Shown: positions 1 to 7,295 of the stretch, one piece after another
How the letters are laid out: each line of letters starts with the position of its first letter
How positions within the stretch are numbered: position 1 is the stretch's first letter
IMG/VR virus record: IMGVR_UViG_2225789004_000003
Location: 1-64,000 of that record
Strand: one strand, 5' to 3'
DNA: 64,000 nucleotides
Origin: a virus
Notes under the pieces: model-generated
What the model was told of the DNA's origin: nothing
Seen by the model: the letters and a program-made list of their open reading frames with translations, nothing else
The model's database searches: none
Program-made: the position numbers and the translations under genes

Positions 1-26
1 AGACTTTACTCTGTCTTTATGTTATT

Positions 27-71
27 ATTATAACATTAAAAAAGCTATAAGTCAATACCTTATAGCTTTTT
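27..71 (-). promoter_or_regulatory. Early sigma70-type promoter A firing toward the window start, fused to the dUTPase-operon terminator hairpin
   Basis: Minus strand: TTGACT (50..55), 17-nt spacer, TGtTATAAT (-10 at 27..32). Perfect 13-bp hairpin 39..71 (AAAAAGCTATAAG/CTTATAGCTTTTT) plus U-run lies right after the dUTPase stop. Confidence 0.7.
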
Positions 72-93
72 ATTTTAAATATTTTTATTTAGC

Positions 94-591
94 TTATTTA
101 CCAGTTGATCCAAATCCAGAGTCTCTAACTTTATCTTTTGTAAACTTTTTATCGTAAATATCATTACAAAATCCTACAGGTGAAAAAACTCCCTGTGCTA
201 TTTTATTGCCTTTCGTAACTTTATAATCTGAAACTAAAGATGTCAAAATCACACCAATCTCATTAGGGTAATAATCAGGATCAATAGTTCCAGGTGAATT
301 AACTACTATAACTCCATTTTTAGCTAATCCAGATCTTGATCTTATTTGTAACTCATAACCTTCATCAATATATGCAGTTACTCCAGTCCCTATAGTTTTA
401 ATTTCGCCTTTACTAATTACAACATCTTCAGTAGAAACTAAATCATAACCTACCGATTTACTTGTTGATCTAACTGGCAAATCATCACTTATTTCTACTA
501 CGGTTTTCCAATCCATATTAGCAAATTGAGCTAACCTATCTATAGCAATAAACCCATTATTATTTTTTTTACCTTTACAACAATTACTCAT
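94..591 (-). CDS. dut: dUTP pyrophosphatase (trimeric dUTPase)
   Basis: Motifs GYDL, RSRSGLA, GTIDPDYYPNEIGVIL and C-terminal RDSGFGSTGK. Start moved to ATG 591 (MSNCC...) behind an AAGGGAG SD. Confidence 0.85.
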   Translation of the reverse strand: MSNCCKGKKNNNGFIAIDRLAQFANMDWKTVVEISDDLPVRSTSKSVGYDLVSTEDVVISKGEIKTIGTGVTAYIDEGYELQIRSRSGLAKNGVIVVNSPGTIDPDYYPNEIGVILTSLVSDYKVTKGNKIAQGVFSPVGFCNDIYDKKFTKDKVRDSGFGSTGK

Positions 592-610
592 TTTTATCTC
601 CCTTAAAATA

Positions 611-985
611 TTAATTTTTATTTTTTGAAAGCAATACACTCAAAAATTCATAATCTGTTAATTTACCCACCCAATGATTTACTATAGTATTCCAATTATA
701 TTTAATGTATTTTATAATTTTGTTTAAATCTCTACTCCTTAATTTAAATTCGCCTACTTTATCAATATTTAATATATCCCAATTTTCATTAGTTTTAAAT
801 ACCAATACACTCATATTAGTTTCATCTACTCTATCGGCTATATCTTGTTGAACTTTCACTCTTAAACAATTATAACATGTTATACCATGAAAACCATTAC
901 CAGTAAAATAAAGATTAACTGGTAAATTAGATTCCTTTCTATGTAAATTAGCCATTTCAAATAGTTCATCTTCAAGCAATTTCAT
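611..985 (-). CDS. Hypothetical protein, paralog family 1 (possibly DUF4160-like)
   Basis: FEMANLHRKESNLPVNLYFTGNGFHG..CLRVKVQQD is nearly identical to ORF 11183..11539. ATG 985 (MKLLED) sits behind AAAGGTGA; the track start is GTG 997. Confidence 0.5.
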   Translation of the reverse strand: MKLLEDELFEMANLHRKESNLPVNLYFTGNGFHGITCYNCLRVKVQQDIADRVDETNMSVLVFKTNENWDILNIDKVGEFKLRSRDLNKIIKYIKYNWNTIVNHWVGKLTDYEFLSVLLSKNKN

Positions 986-1001
986 TTTATTATTCACCTT
1001 T

Positions 1002-1511
1002 CTAAAATTGTAATTCTAAATAATTTGGCATAACTGTATTAAAAGGAACAAACTGTGAATCTTTATATAATCTTGAATTAGGATTACAACCTTTAGGATA
1101 ACCTATATCTAAATCTTTATGATTAAGAAAACCACATTCATTATTCCATAAATATATTGCCTGTTCCCAATTTGTATTAAACTCTTTCACTGCCACTTCA
1201 TTTTTAACTTTACTAAATGAACGAACGCTCAATATAATTTTGGTCTGACTACTCATAAATTCCATTATCATTTTTATTTCTTTATTATTCAATTTCCATA
1301 ACTTTTTACCATCTTTTTTGTGATCATAAAAAATTGGACTAAAAAAATCTAACCTAATAACTTTATCTGCAGATGTATATCTTTTATGATTACCTACTTT
1401 AAAATAAGCATTATTTCTACTAGAATCAGGATGTACTACTACAATAAAATTATCTTTATCACTACTACCAATTGTAGCCATTTCACTTAAATCTTCTTCA
1501 ATTAATTTCAT
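1002..1511 (-). CDS. Hypothetical protein, distant member of paralog family 1
   Basis: N-terminus MKLIEEDLSEMATIG parallels MKLLEDELFEMANL. Layout is similar (short N-helix, HP..YFKV beta region, C-terminal W-rich helix). Confidence 0.4.
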   Translation of the reverse strand: MKLIEEDLSEMATIGSSDKDNFIVVVHPDSSRNNAYFKVGNHKRYTSADKVIRLDFFSPIFYDHKKDGKKLWKLNNKEIKMIMEFMSSQTKIILSVRSFSKVKNEVAVKEFNTNWEQAIYLWNNECGFLNHKDLDIGYPKGCNPNSRLYKDSQFVPFNTVMPNYLELQF

Positions 1512-1535
1512 TTTATTACTTCCTTTCTAAAGTAA

Positions 1536-1608
1536 CTGAAGCATCTAGACTCGAACTAGGAACTCTGGATTCAAAGTCCAATATCTTAATCATTTAAACT
1601 ATACTTCA
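1536..1608 (-). tRNA. tRNA-Gln (anticodon UUG)
   Basis: Cloverleaf by eye: 7-bp acceptor with U1-A72, anticodon loop CUUUGAA, T-loop TTCGAGT. Confidence 0.85.
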
Positions 1609-1615
1609 ATATAAA

Positions 1616-1686
1616 CGGGATGTAAAGGAGTCGAACCCTTACTTTTGGTTTTGGAGACCAACGTTCTACCATTAAACTAACATCCC
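1616..1686 (-). tRNA. tRNA-Trp (anticodon CCA)
   Basis: Acceptor GGGATGT/ACATCCC, D-arm GTTT..GAAC with GG, anticodon loop CUCCAAA, T-arm AGGGTTCGACTCCTT. Confidence 0.85.
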
Positions 1687-1766
1687 ACTTTCAACTTACT
1701 TCATTAACTTTTTAAGTCTATCGCGTATTCCAGTTTCGCCATACTAGCTTTTACATCACATCTTAT

Positions 1767-1931
1767 CTATTCATATTTAAATGTTACTTTATAATTTTTG
1801 TATCTCTCAATTAACTGAGTTTTCATTTCATCCAATGATATATAATTTCTAAGAGCTTCACTTAAAACATCTTTATAAATAGTTCTAACGCCATCAATAT
1901 ACATAACAACTTTTTTAACTTTACATTTCAT
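1767..1931 (-). CDS. Small ORF (54 aa, MKCKVKKVVMYIDGVRT...), first gene after promoter B
   Basis: Open frame below the track cutoff. It follows the conserved early leader, but the SD is weak. Confidence 0.3.
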   Translation of the reverse strand: MKCKVKKVVMYIDGVRTIYKDVLSEALRNYISLDEMKTQLIERYKNYKVTFKYE

Positions 1932-1955
1932 TATAATTTACCAATCTAGTTTTAT

Positions 1956-2026
1956 AGACTTTACTCTGTCTTTATGTTACTATTATAACATTAAAAAAGT
2001 TATAAGTCAATATCTTATAACTTTTT
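1956..2026 (-). promoter_or_regulatory. Early promoter B plus terminator hairpin plus conserved leader
   Basis: Minus strand: TTGACT (2005..2010), 17 nt, TGtTATAAT (1982..1987). Perfect 13-bp hairpin 1994..2026. Leader element at 1956..1971. Confidence 0.7.
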
Positions 2027-2049
2027 ATTTTAAATCAATTATAAATCTT

Positions 2050-2544
2050 CTACCAAAGCATACTTGCAAAATTTTCAACACGATACATGTCAAGTTTTAT
2101 TTCACCATTGTTCCTTCTTTTATAATACCAAATATTTTTTAATCCTGATGCTAACATAACTCTTTGACAGAATGGACATGGTGTATAAGATTTTACATAT
2201 TCTGGCTTTTTAGTCTTTTTATTAATTTTTTCTAAGTTTAATGCAACTATAAACATTGTAGCATCTTTTACAACACTAGCTCCAACTTTAACAATAGCAT
2301 CTACTTCAGGATGTAATGATCTACAAGTCATAGGCTTATCAAGATTTTTAGGATCTGTAACTTTAAAATGACAAATCCCACGCTCTTTACATGATTGACA
2401 ACCTTCTGGTGCTACATTGCTTCCAGTCGATACTACAACACCATTTTTCACTATAACAACTCCATAAGCCTTTTTAAGGCATGTTGACTTTCCAGCAACT
2501 AACTCCGCTACACTGAAAAAATACTCTTTGTCTTTTAACTCCAT
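2050..2544 (-). CDS. Deoxycytidylate (dCMP) deaminase, CDA fold
   Basis: Zinc motifs H-P-E (LHPEVDAI) and PCPFC. Layout is ComEB/dCMP-deaminase-like (GVVIVKNGVVVSTGSN...). Confidence 0.75.
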   Translation of the reverse strand: MELKDKEYFFSVAELVAGKSTCLKKAYGVVIVKNGVVVSTGSNVAPEGCQSCKERGICHFKVTDPKNLDKPMTCRSLHPEVDAIVKVGASVVKDATMFIVALNLEKINKKTKKPEYVKSYTPCPFCQRVMLASGLKNIWYYKRRNNGEIKLDMYRVENFASMLW

Positions 2545-2559
2545 TTTATTTCCCTTTCT

Positions 2560-3117
2560 TTACTTATAAACAATACTATTTTTACCTAACTTTATTTTAC
2601 AATCTATTTGCTTTTTAAATATCTTATATTTTACAAAATTAAAATAATTAATAGATTTTTGTTTATCTTTAACACTACACATATATTTGCAATGATTACA
2701 GTTACTACAATCATTACAATAACTACAACTTATACAGTCATTACAATTTATACAATATTTACAATTTAAACACCCAAAACCACTTTTTACATTTACACAC
2801 TCATAACAATGATAATAAGTTATACATCGTAAACAATAATTACAGTCATTACAGTCTTTACATTCGCCACAGTATTTACAATTTAAACAATCATCACAGT
2901 CACAACAATTTTCACATTTAATACAAGCAATACAAACCTCACAGCAATTACAATCTGAACAATCGTTACAACTCACACATTTAAAACAATTTATACAGTC
3001 AATACAGTCTCTACAATCAACTAATGTATCATTTAAATATTCAGCTTCTTCTTTGGTATACTTATCTTTAGAATATTTATTGTTATTAAAAAATATCCAA
3101 TACTTGTCATTATCCAT
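2560..3117 (-). CDS. Cysteine-array protein 1 (about 38 Cys in 185 aa, almost all in C-x2-C register)
   Basis: DCRDCIDCINCFKCVSCNDCSDCNCC...CNDCSNCNHC. N-terminal YWIFFNNNKYSKDKY is shared with ORF 5255..5716. Confidence 0.8.
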   Translation of the reverse strand: MDNDKYWIFFNNNKYSKDKYTKEEAEYLNDTLVDCRDCIDCINCFKCVSCNDCSDCNCCEVCIACIKCENCCDCDDCLNCKYCGECKDCNDCNYCLRCITYYHCYECVNVKSGFGCLNCKYCINCNDCISCSYCNDCSNCNHCKYMCSVKDKQKSINYFNFVKYKIFKKQIDCKIKLGKNSIVYK

Positions 3118-3307
3118 CTTTTTTATTATCTACCTTATAAAATCCACCTGTTTTAAAAGCTATCCCAATTCTTTCAGGTATTTCAACACGTTCCATAAAA
3201 ATATTACAATCACTGCATACAACCTTAGACTTTTCAAAGTTACTTAAACGAATAACTAACTCTGTTATTTTATTGCACTGTTTACACTTAAATTCAAATA
3301 TTGGCAT
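3110..3307 (-). CDS. FmdB-family zinc-ribbon protein
   Basis: MPIFEFKCKQCN...VVCSDCN: the typical MPxYEYxCxxC...CxxC FmdB signature. Confidence 0.6.
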   Translation of the reverse strand: MPIFEFKCKQCNKITELVIRLSNFEKSKVVCSDCNIFMERVEIPERIGIAFKTGGFYKVDNKKDG

Positions 3308-3837
3308 TATTTTACCTCGAAATAATCATAATTGATATACTTATATGCTTTTCTATCAAAAGTTACTACGGCATCAATTAATTTACTATTAATCATTATA
3401 TTTTTACAATAATTACAAGGCTCTGCAATAAAATTATCATATTTTTTAATTAATGGATTTCCATAAAGATAAAGAATTGAAATACTATCATTATTTAATA
3501 TTTTATCTTTATCATTAGAACTTATTGCTAATAACGCATTTACCTCTGAATGAATTGATGTACAGTATTCATAAGATCCGCCAGCTTCATTATTCAAAAT
3601 CTTATTACATTGTTTACTACATCTTCCGAAATTAAAACCATTTGCTATAATTCTTGAATCATATTTATTTGTTAATTTATTAAACTCAAATAAAGCTATA
3701 ACTGATCCATATTTAACCTTTAAACAGTTTGAATTATTACTACAACTTTTAGCTTGTTGGTAATAAAAATCATTTGTTATTTTATATTCACTACTATTTA
3801 TTATTTTATTAATATTATAAAGTTTGTTATTTATCAT
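3307..3837 (-). CDS. Second CDA-fold (cytidine/deoxycytidylate-type) deaminase, divergent
   Basis: H-S-E (SIHSEVNALLA) and PCNYC zinc motifs at the spacing expected for the CDA fold. Confidence 0.6.
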   Translation of the reverse strand: MINNKLYNINKIINSSEYKITNDFYYQQAKSCSNNSNCLKVKYGSVIALFEFNKLTNKYDSRIIANGFNFGRCSKQCNKILNNEAGGSYEYCTSIHSEVNALLAISSNDKDKILNNDSISILYLYGNPLIKKYDNFIAEPCNYCKNIMINSKLIDAVVTFDRKAYKYINYDYFEVK

Positions 3838-4615
3838 CTTTTAACATTAAGGATTCCAGCTCCTTATTAACTTCCTTATATGTAGCTAAAACATTTTCAA
3901 CGTGTTTAACTAAATTATCTACACCATCCCAACCATCTTTTAATTTAGTGATATTTAAAGCTAAATTAAACACTTTTGCTAAATCTTTATTATTGAGATA
4001 ATTACGATTAACTTCGTTGTTATCAAAATTTATTCCAGTTAATTCTTCAAATTTAATAATATTATTTATTCTACCTTGATTACCAAATCTACTAACTCTA
4101 TCCTGCTCTCTACGTTCAATCTCACGTCTTATATCTTCATAATAATTCTTATGTATTTCATTACGCAATTCAGCTTCATTGTTTCTATAATGTTTATTTG
4201 CTGATCTTAATAAACTGAATATGAATGATTTTGTCATTTCTATAGGTGTTAGTTTTGTAGCACGTTTAACTTCTTTGACTTTTAAATTTTCATCAACTTC
4301 TAACAATCCCCAATTTAATGGAACATCTTCTTTATCCACTAAACCTTTTGGCGTAGCAAAGTAAAAATAATCACAAAACCTAGCAAACTTCTCAGCCTTT
4401 TCTGGATTTTTTATTTCAGATTTAAAGTCTGATTTAGATATTTTAACCTCAATACCTATTGTTAATAATCCTCTACTAGGGTACATACTAAATGCCATAA
4501 CATCTAACCAACCTGAAACATTAGCTCCTGTTCCGTCTGAAACTTCAAAAAATGTTTCATATTCTGGAGTAGAGTATTTATTTAATAAAGCGTTCTTAAT
4601 ATCACTACTATTCAT
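3827..4615 (-). CDS. PD-(D/E)xK nuclease-like protein (MmcB-like)
   Basis: LDVMAF...IGIEVKISKSDFKSE...CDYFYFATPKGL resembles the D..E-x-K core and CD.FWFV motif of MmcB-like proteins, from memory. Confidence 0.4.
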   Translation of the reverse strand: MNSSDIKNALLNKYSTPEYETFFEVSDGTGANVSGWLDVMAFSMYPSRGLLTIGIEVKISKSDFKSEIKNPEKAEKFARFCDYFYFATPKGLVDKEDVPLNWGLLEVDENLKVKEVKRATKLTPIEMTKSFIFSLLRSANKHYRNNEAELRNEIHKNYYEDIRREIERREQDRVSRFGNQGRINNIIKFEELTGINFDNNEVNRNYLNNKDLAKVFNLALNITKLKDGWDGVDNLVKHVENVLATYKEVNKELESLMLKDDK

Positions 4616-4626
4616 ATTTTACCTAC

Positions 4627-5097
4627 TTATTTATTTCTAAGCCTATCTGCTATATTATCAAATATCTTATTAGTCTGATTAATTATCGATTGATACTCAC
4701 TATTTTCCACTGAACAAATTAATTTACTAGCTTTATGACTAGGAATTTTTATAATTACATTAAAATCTACATCAAAAGAATATTTATCAATAAATCTATT
4801 AATATGTGCATTAATTGTAGTATACAATAAATCAATATATTCACTAGGCTTACAAAACTCCAGCATATTTAAATTATTGGAATATTCTATATAAATTTCT
4901 GAAGAAATTTGTTGATCACAAATGATTTTAATATTATCATTATCTACGTCTATAGTATAATACTTATCTGAAATTTTTCGCAGTATAAATAATTTCTCAT
5001 TATATAATTTAATATTATATAATTTTAAACTAAATGACTTATTACAATTTTCAACAATATCAAAATCACCAGTAATATTAATATCAATTGATTTCAT
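4627..5097 (-). CDS. Hypothetical protein
   Basis: Long ORF with AAGGAGAAATA SD upstream. No recognisable motif. Confidence 0.6.
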   Translation of the reverse strand: MKSIDINITGDFDIVENCNKSFSLKLYNIKLYNEKLFILRKISDKYYTIDVDNDNIKIICDQQISSEIYIEYSNNLNMLEFCKPSEYIDLLYTTINAHINRFIDKYSFDVDFNVIIKIPSHKASKLICSVENSEYQSIINQTNKIFDNIADRLRNK

Positions 5098-5126
5098 ATA
5101 TTTCTCCTTAATAATATTTTCACAAA

Positions 5127-5164
5127 AATAAAAACAGTCAACTGTTAAATTGACTGTTTTTATT
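5127..5164 (-). terminator. Rho-independent terminator
   Basis: 12-bp stem AAAAACAGTCAA/TTGACTGTTTTT followed by a U-run on the minus strand. Lies after the Cys-array gene 2. Confidence 0.75.
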
Positions 5165-5254
5165 GGAGAGTAGAAAAATGTTAAAGCATATCAGAGAAAA
5201 CACGGAGAAAAGAGAAAAATATTGAAATACAAAATTATAATATCATACTATAAA

Positions 5255-5716
5255 TTACTTGTCAACACATTTCTTAGTATATTTTCTCTTTTCTTTTAAT
5301 TCAAGTCTAACGTTCTCTTTACCAAAACCACTTCTACAGCCATCACAATCAAAACAATCTTTACAATCTAAACAACTTTTACAATACTGACAATCTGAAC
5401 AGTTATTACAATTTCTACACTCTAAACAGTTTATTGAGTTTTTACACTCCTTACATATAAAACACTTATTACAATCACTACAGTTTATCAAATTAGCACT
5501 TCTGTAGCATTTATTGCAGTTAATACAATCATTACAATCTTCACAATTAATACAGTTCTTACAATTACTTAATGTTAAATATACTTTCTCGGCTAACCTT
5601 TGTTTATATCTATTTTTAGAATACTTAATTCCATTAGTAAAAATCCAATAATCATCATCCTGATCAATCAAATTCTTTTTAGATATTATTGGATCTTTAC
5701 TTTTAATATCTTTCAT
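5255..5716 (-). CDS. Cysteine-array protein 2 (about 24 Cys in 153 aa, C-x2-C register)
   Basis: NCKNCINCEDCNDCINCNKC...CSDCQYCKSCLDCKDCFDCDGC. Shares the YWIFTNGIKYSKNRY N-terminus and SGFG motif with ORF 2560..3117. Confidence 0.8.
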   Translation of the reverse strand: MKDIKSKDPIISKKNLIDQDDDYWIFTNGIKYSKNRYKQRLAEKVYLTLSNCKNCINCEDCNDCINCNKCYRSANLINCSDCNKCFICKECKNSINCLECRNCNNCSDCQYCKSCLDCKDCFDCDGCRSGFGKENVRLELKEKRKYTKKCVDK

Positions 5717-5718
5717 AT

Positions 5719-6027
5719 TTATAATCTTACCAATATATCAGAATATCTATCTAATAAATTTTCTACTACACCATTATGGTTATCAATATTATTCATTACA
5801 TGAATAATAGCTTTAATGTATTCATCATCTGTTACACTAAGTAAACCATTTAAACGCTGTCTTATATTTTTAGCTTCAATTAACATTGGTAATACAAATT
5901 CAGGATAGCCTCCAAATGATAAATAATTTTTAAATTTATTAGTTAATCCTGAATAAATATAACTCTCTAGACTTATAATATCTTTACGTATTTTACTTAT
6001 ATCTCTAGGTTCAATAGTTTTTCTCAT
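5719..6027 (-). CDS. Hypothetical protein
   Basis: First ORF after promoter C and its leader, with AAAAGGGATAAATA SD. Confidence 0.6.
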   Translation of the reverse strand: MRKTIEPRDISKIRKDIISLESYIYSGLTNKFKNYLSFGGYPEFVLPMLIEAKNIRQRLNGLLSVTDDEYIKAIIHVMNNIDNHNGVVENLLDRYSDILVRL

Positions 6028-6048
6028 TATTTATCCCTTTTAGTTTTA

Positions 6049-6127
6049 AGACTTTACTCTGTCTTGTTTGATGTTATTATTATAACATCAAAATTCTTAC
6101 TTGTCAATATGGTTTAAATAAGAATTT
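6049..6127 (-). promoter_or_regulatory. Early promoter C plus hairpin plus conserved leader
   Basis: Minus strand: TTGACA (6102..6107), 17 nt, TGtTATAAT (6079..6084). 9-bp hairpin 6091..6127 encloses the -35. Leader element at 6049..6064. Confidence 0.65.
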
Positions 6128-6150
6128 CTTATTTAATATTTCGCCATATA

Positions 6151-7284
6151 TCACTTTTTAACTTTAATTATTTTATAATCTTTTACATTGTCATTAATAA
6201 AATAATCCTGATAACTTATAATATTTTCTTCATAATTTTTCATAGTTGGATAGTTTTCATATTTAAGTAGCTTAACGACTTTAGGAATACTGCTATACTT
6301 AATACTGAAATATAATTTAATGCCGTTAACCTTCAAAGTTCCAATTGGTAATAACCTAATAAAATTATTATAGTCATCCATAGGATTTTTTATATTTAAT
6401 AAATTACCAACTAAATTATTTATATAATAAGATAATTTAGAATTAGGTTCAAATCGTAAATAATCAGTATACTTTATATCTAAAAATCTTTTAACTTCAT
6501 AATATGTATCATTTTTAATACAATCACTCCGTGTAAGTGTTTTATTAATAGCTGACATAGCAATTTGATTTAATGCTGTCTTACTCTTAATAAACAATAC
6601 ATTATTAAAATCTTTTTTAATAAAATACTCATAATTACCTGGTTCTGAATACTTATTATAAAATAATATAAGATCAATATTAAAATCACCATATAAATAA
6701 GTTTCAATAATAACTGAAGTAATAATATCATTTATATCCAATTTTCGTTTATTAGCAAATTCAACTAAATCAACTAGCTTAACAGTTATAGGAGACCTGC
6801 TTAATTCGGATTTAACTATTTTAATATATTTACTTGTATGAACATTATCAGGTATATCATTTAGATTATTAGTTTTAAGAATTAAATAATCTAAATTTAA
6901 AATATTTAATTCCTTGTTAATATATTTATCTATATTTAAATTTAATGTAGTTACATAATCACTTACATATAAACAATTATAATATGACTCATTAACAATA
7001 TCATCTGAAAAATTAATTACTGTATTACTATTTTTACTGGCTTTTCTTTTAGACTCTTGAATTCTTTCAAACCTTTTATTTTCAAACTCTACTAATTCTC
7101 TATAAATTCTCTGTTTGTTTTCAGTAACTTTTTTATCAATATAATTACAAACAAAACTTTCAAAATCATCTACTGTCGGAAAATATATTTCCTGAATGAG
7201 ATCATAACAGTGTACTAACTTTCGAGAGTATAAATATTTAAACTTTAATTCTTTTAAGTAACGATTTTGACTTTGAAGTTCCAT
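6151..7284 (-). CDS. Hypothetical early protein (377 aa)
   Basis: Long uninterrupted ORF. No motif recognised. Confidence 0.6.
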   Translation of the reverse strand: MELQSQNRYLKELKFKYLYSRKLVHCYDLIQEIYFPTVDDFESFVCNYIDKKVTENKQRIYRELVEFENKRFERIQESKRKASKNSNTVINFSDDIVNESYYNCLYVSDYVTTLNLNIDKYINKELNILNLDYLILKTNNLNDIPDNVHTSKYIKIVKSELSRSPITVKLVDLVEFANKRKLDINDIITSVIIETYLYGDFNIDLILFYNKYSEPGNYEYFIKKDFNNVLFIKSKTALNQIAMSAINKTLTRSDCIKNDTYYEVKRFLDIKYTDYLRFEPNSKLSYYINNLVGNLLNIKNPMDDYNNFIRLLPIGTLKVNGIKLYFSIKYSSIPKVVKLLKYENYPTMKNYEENIISYQDYFINDNVKDYKIIKVKK

Positions 7285-7295
7285 TTTAAAATCCT

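Noticed and set aside
2700-3000. Short-period DNA regularity (ACAAT/ACAGT every 9 nt), also at 5330..5560, that might be read as a tandem repeat or CRISPR-like array.
   Set aside because: The period is only 9 nt and comes from TGY Cys codons on the minus strand inside long ORFs. There is no repeat-spacer architecture and no cas genes.
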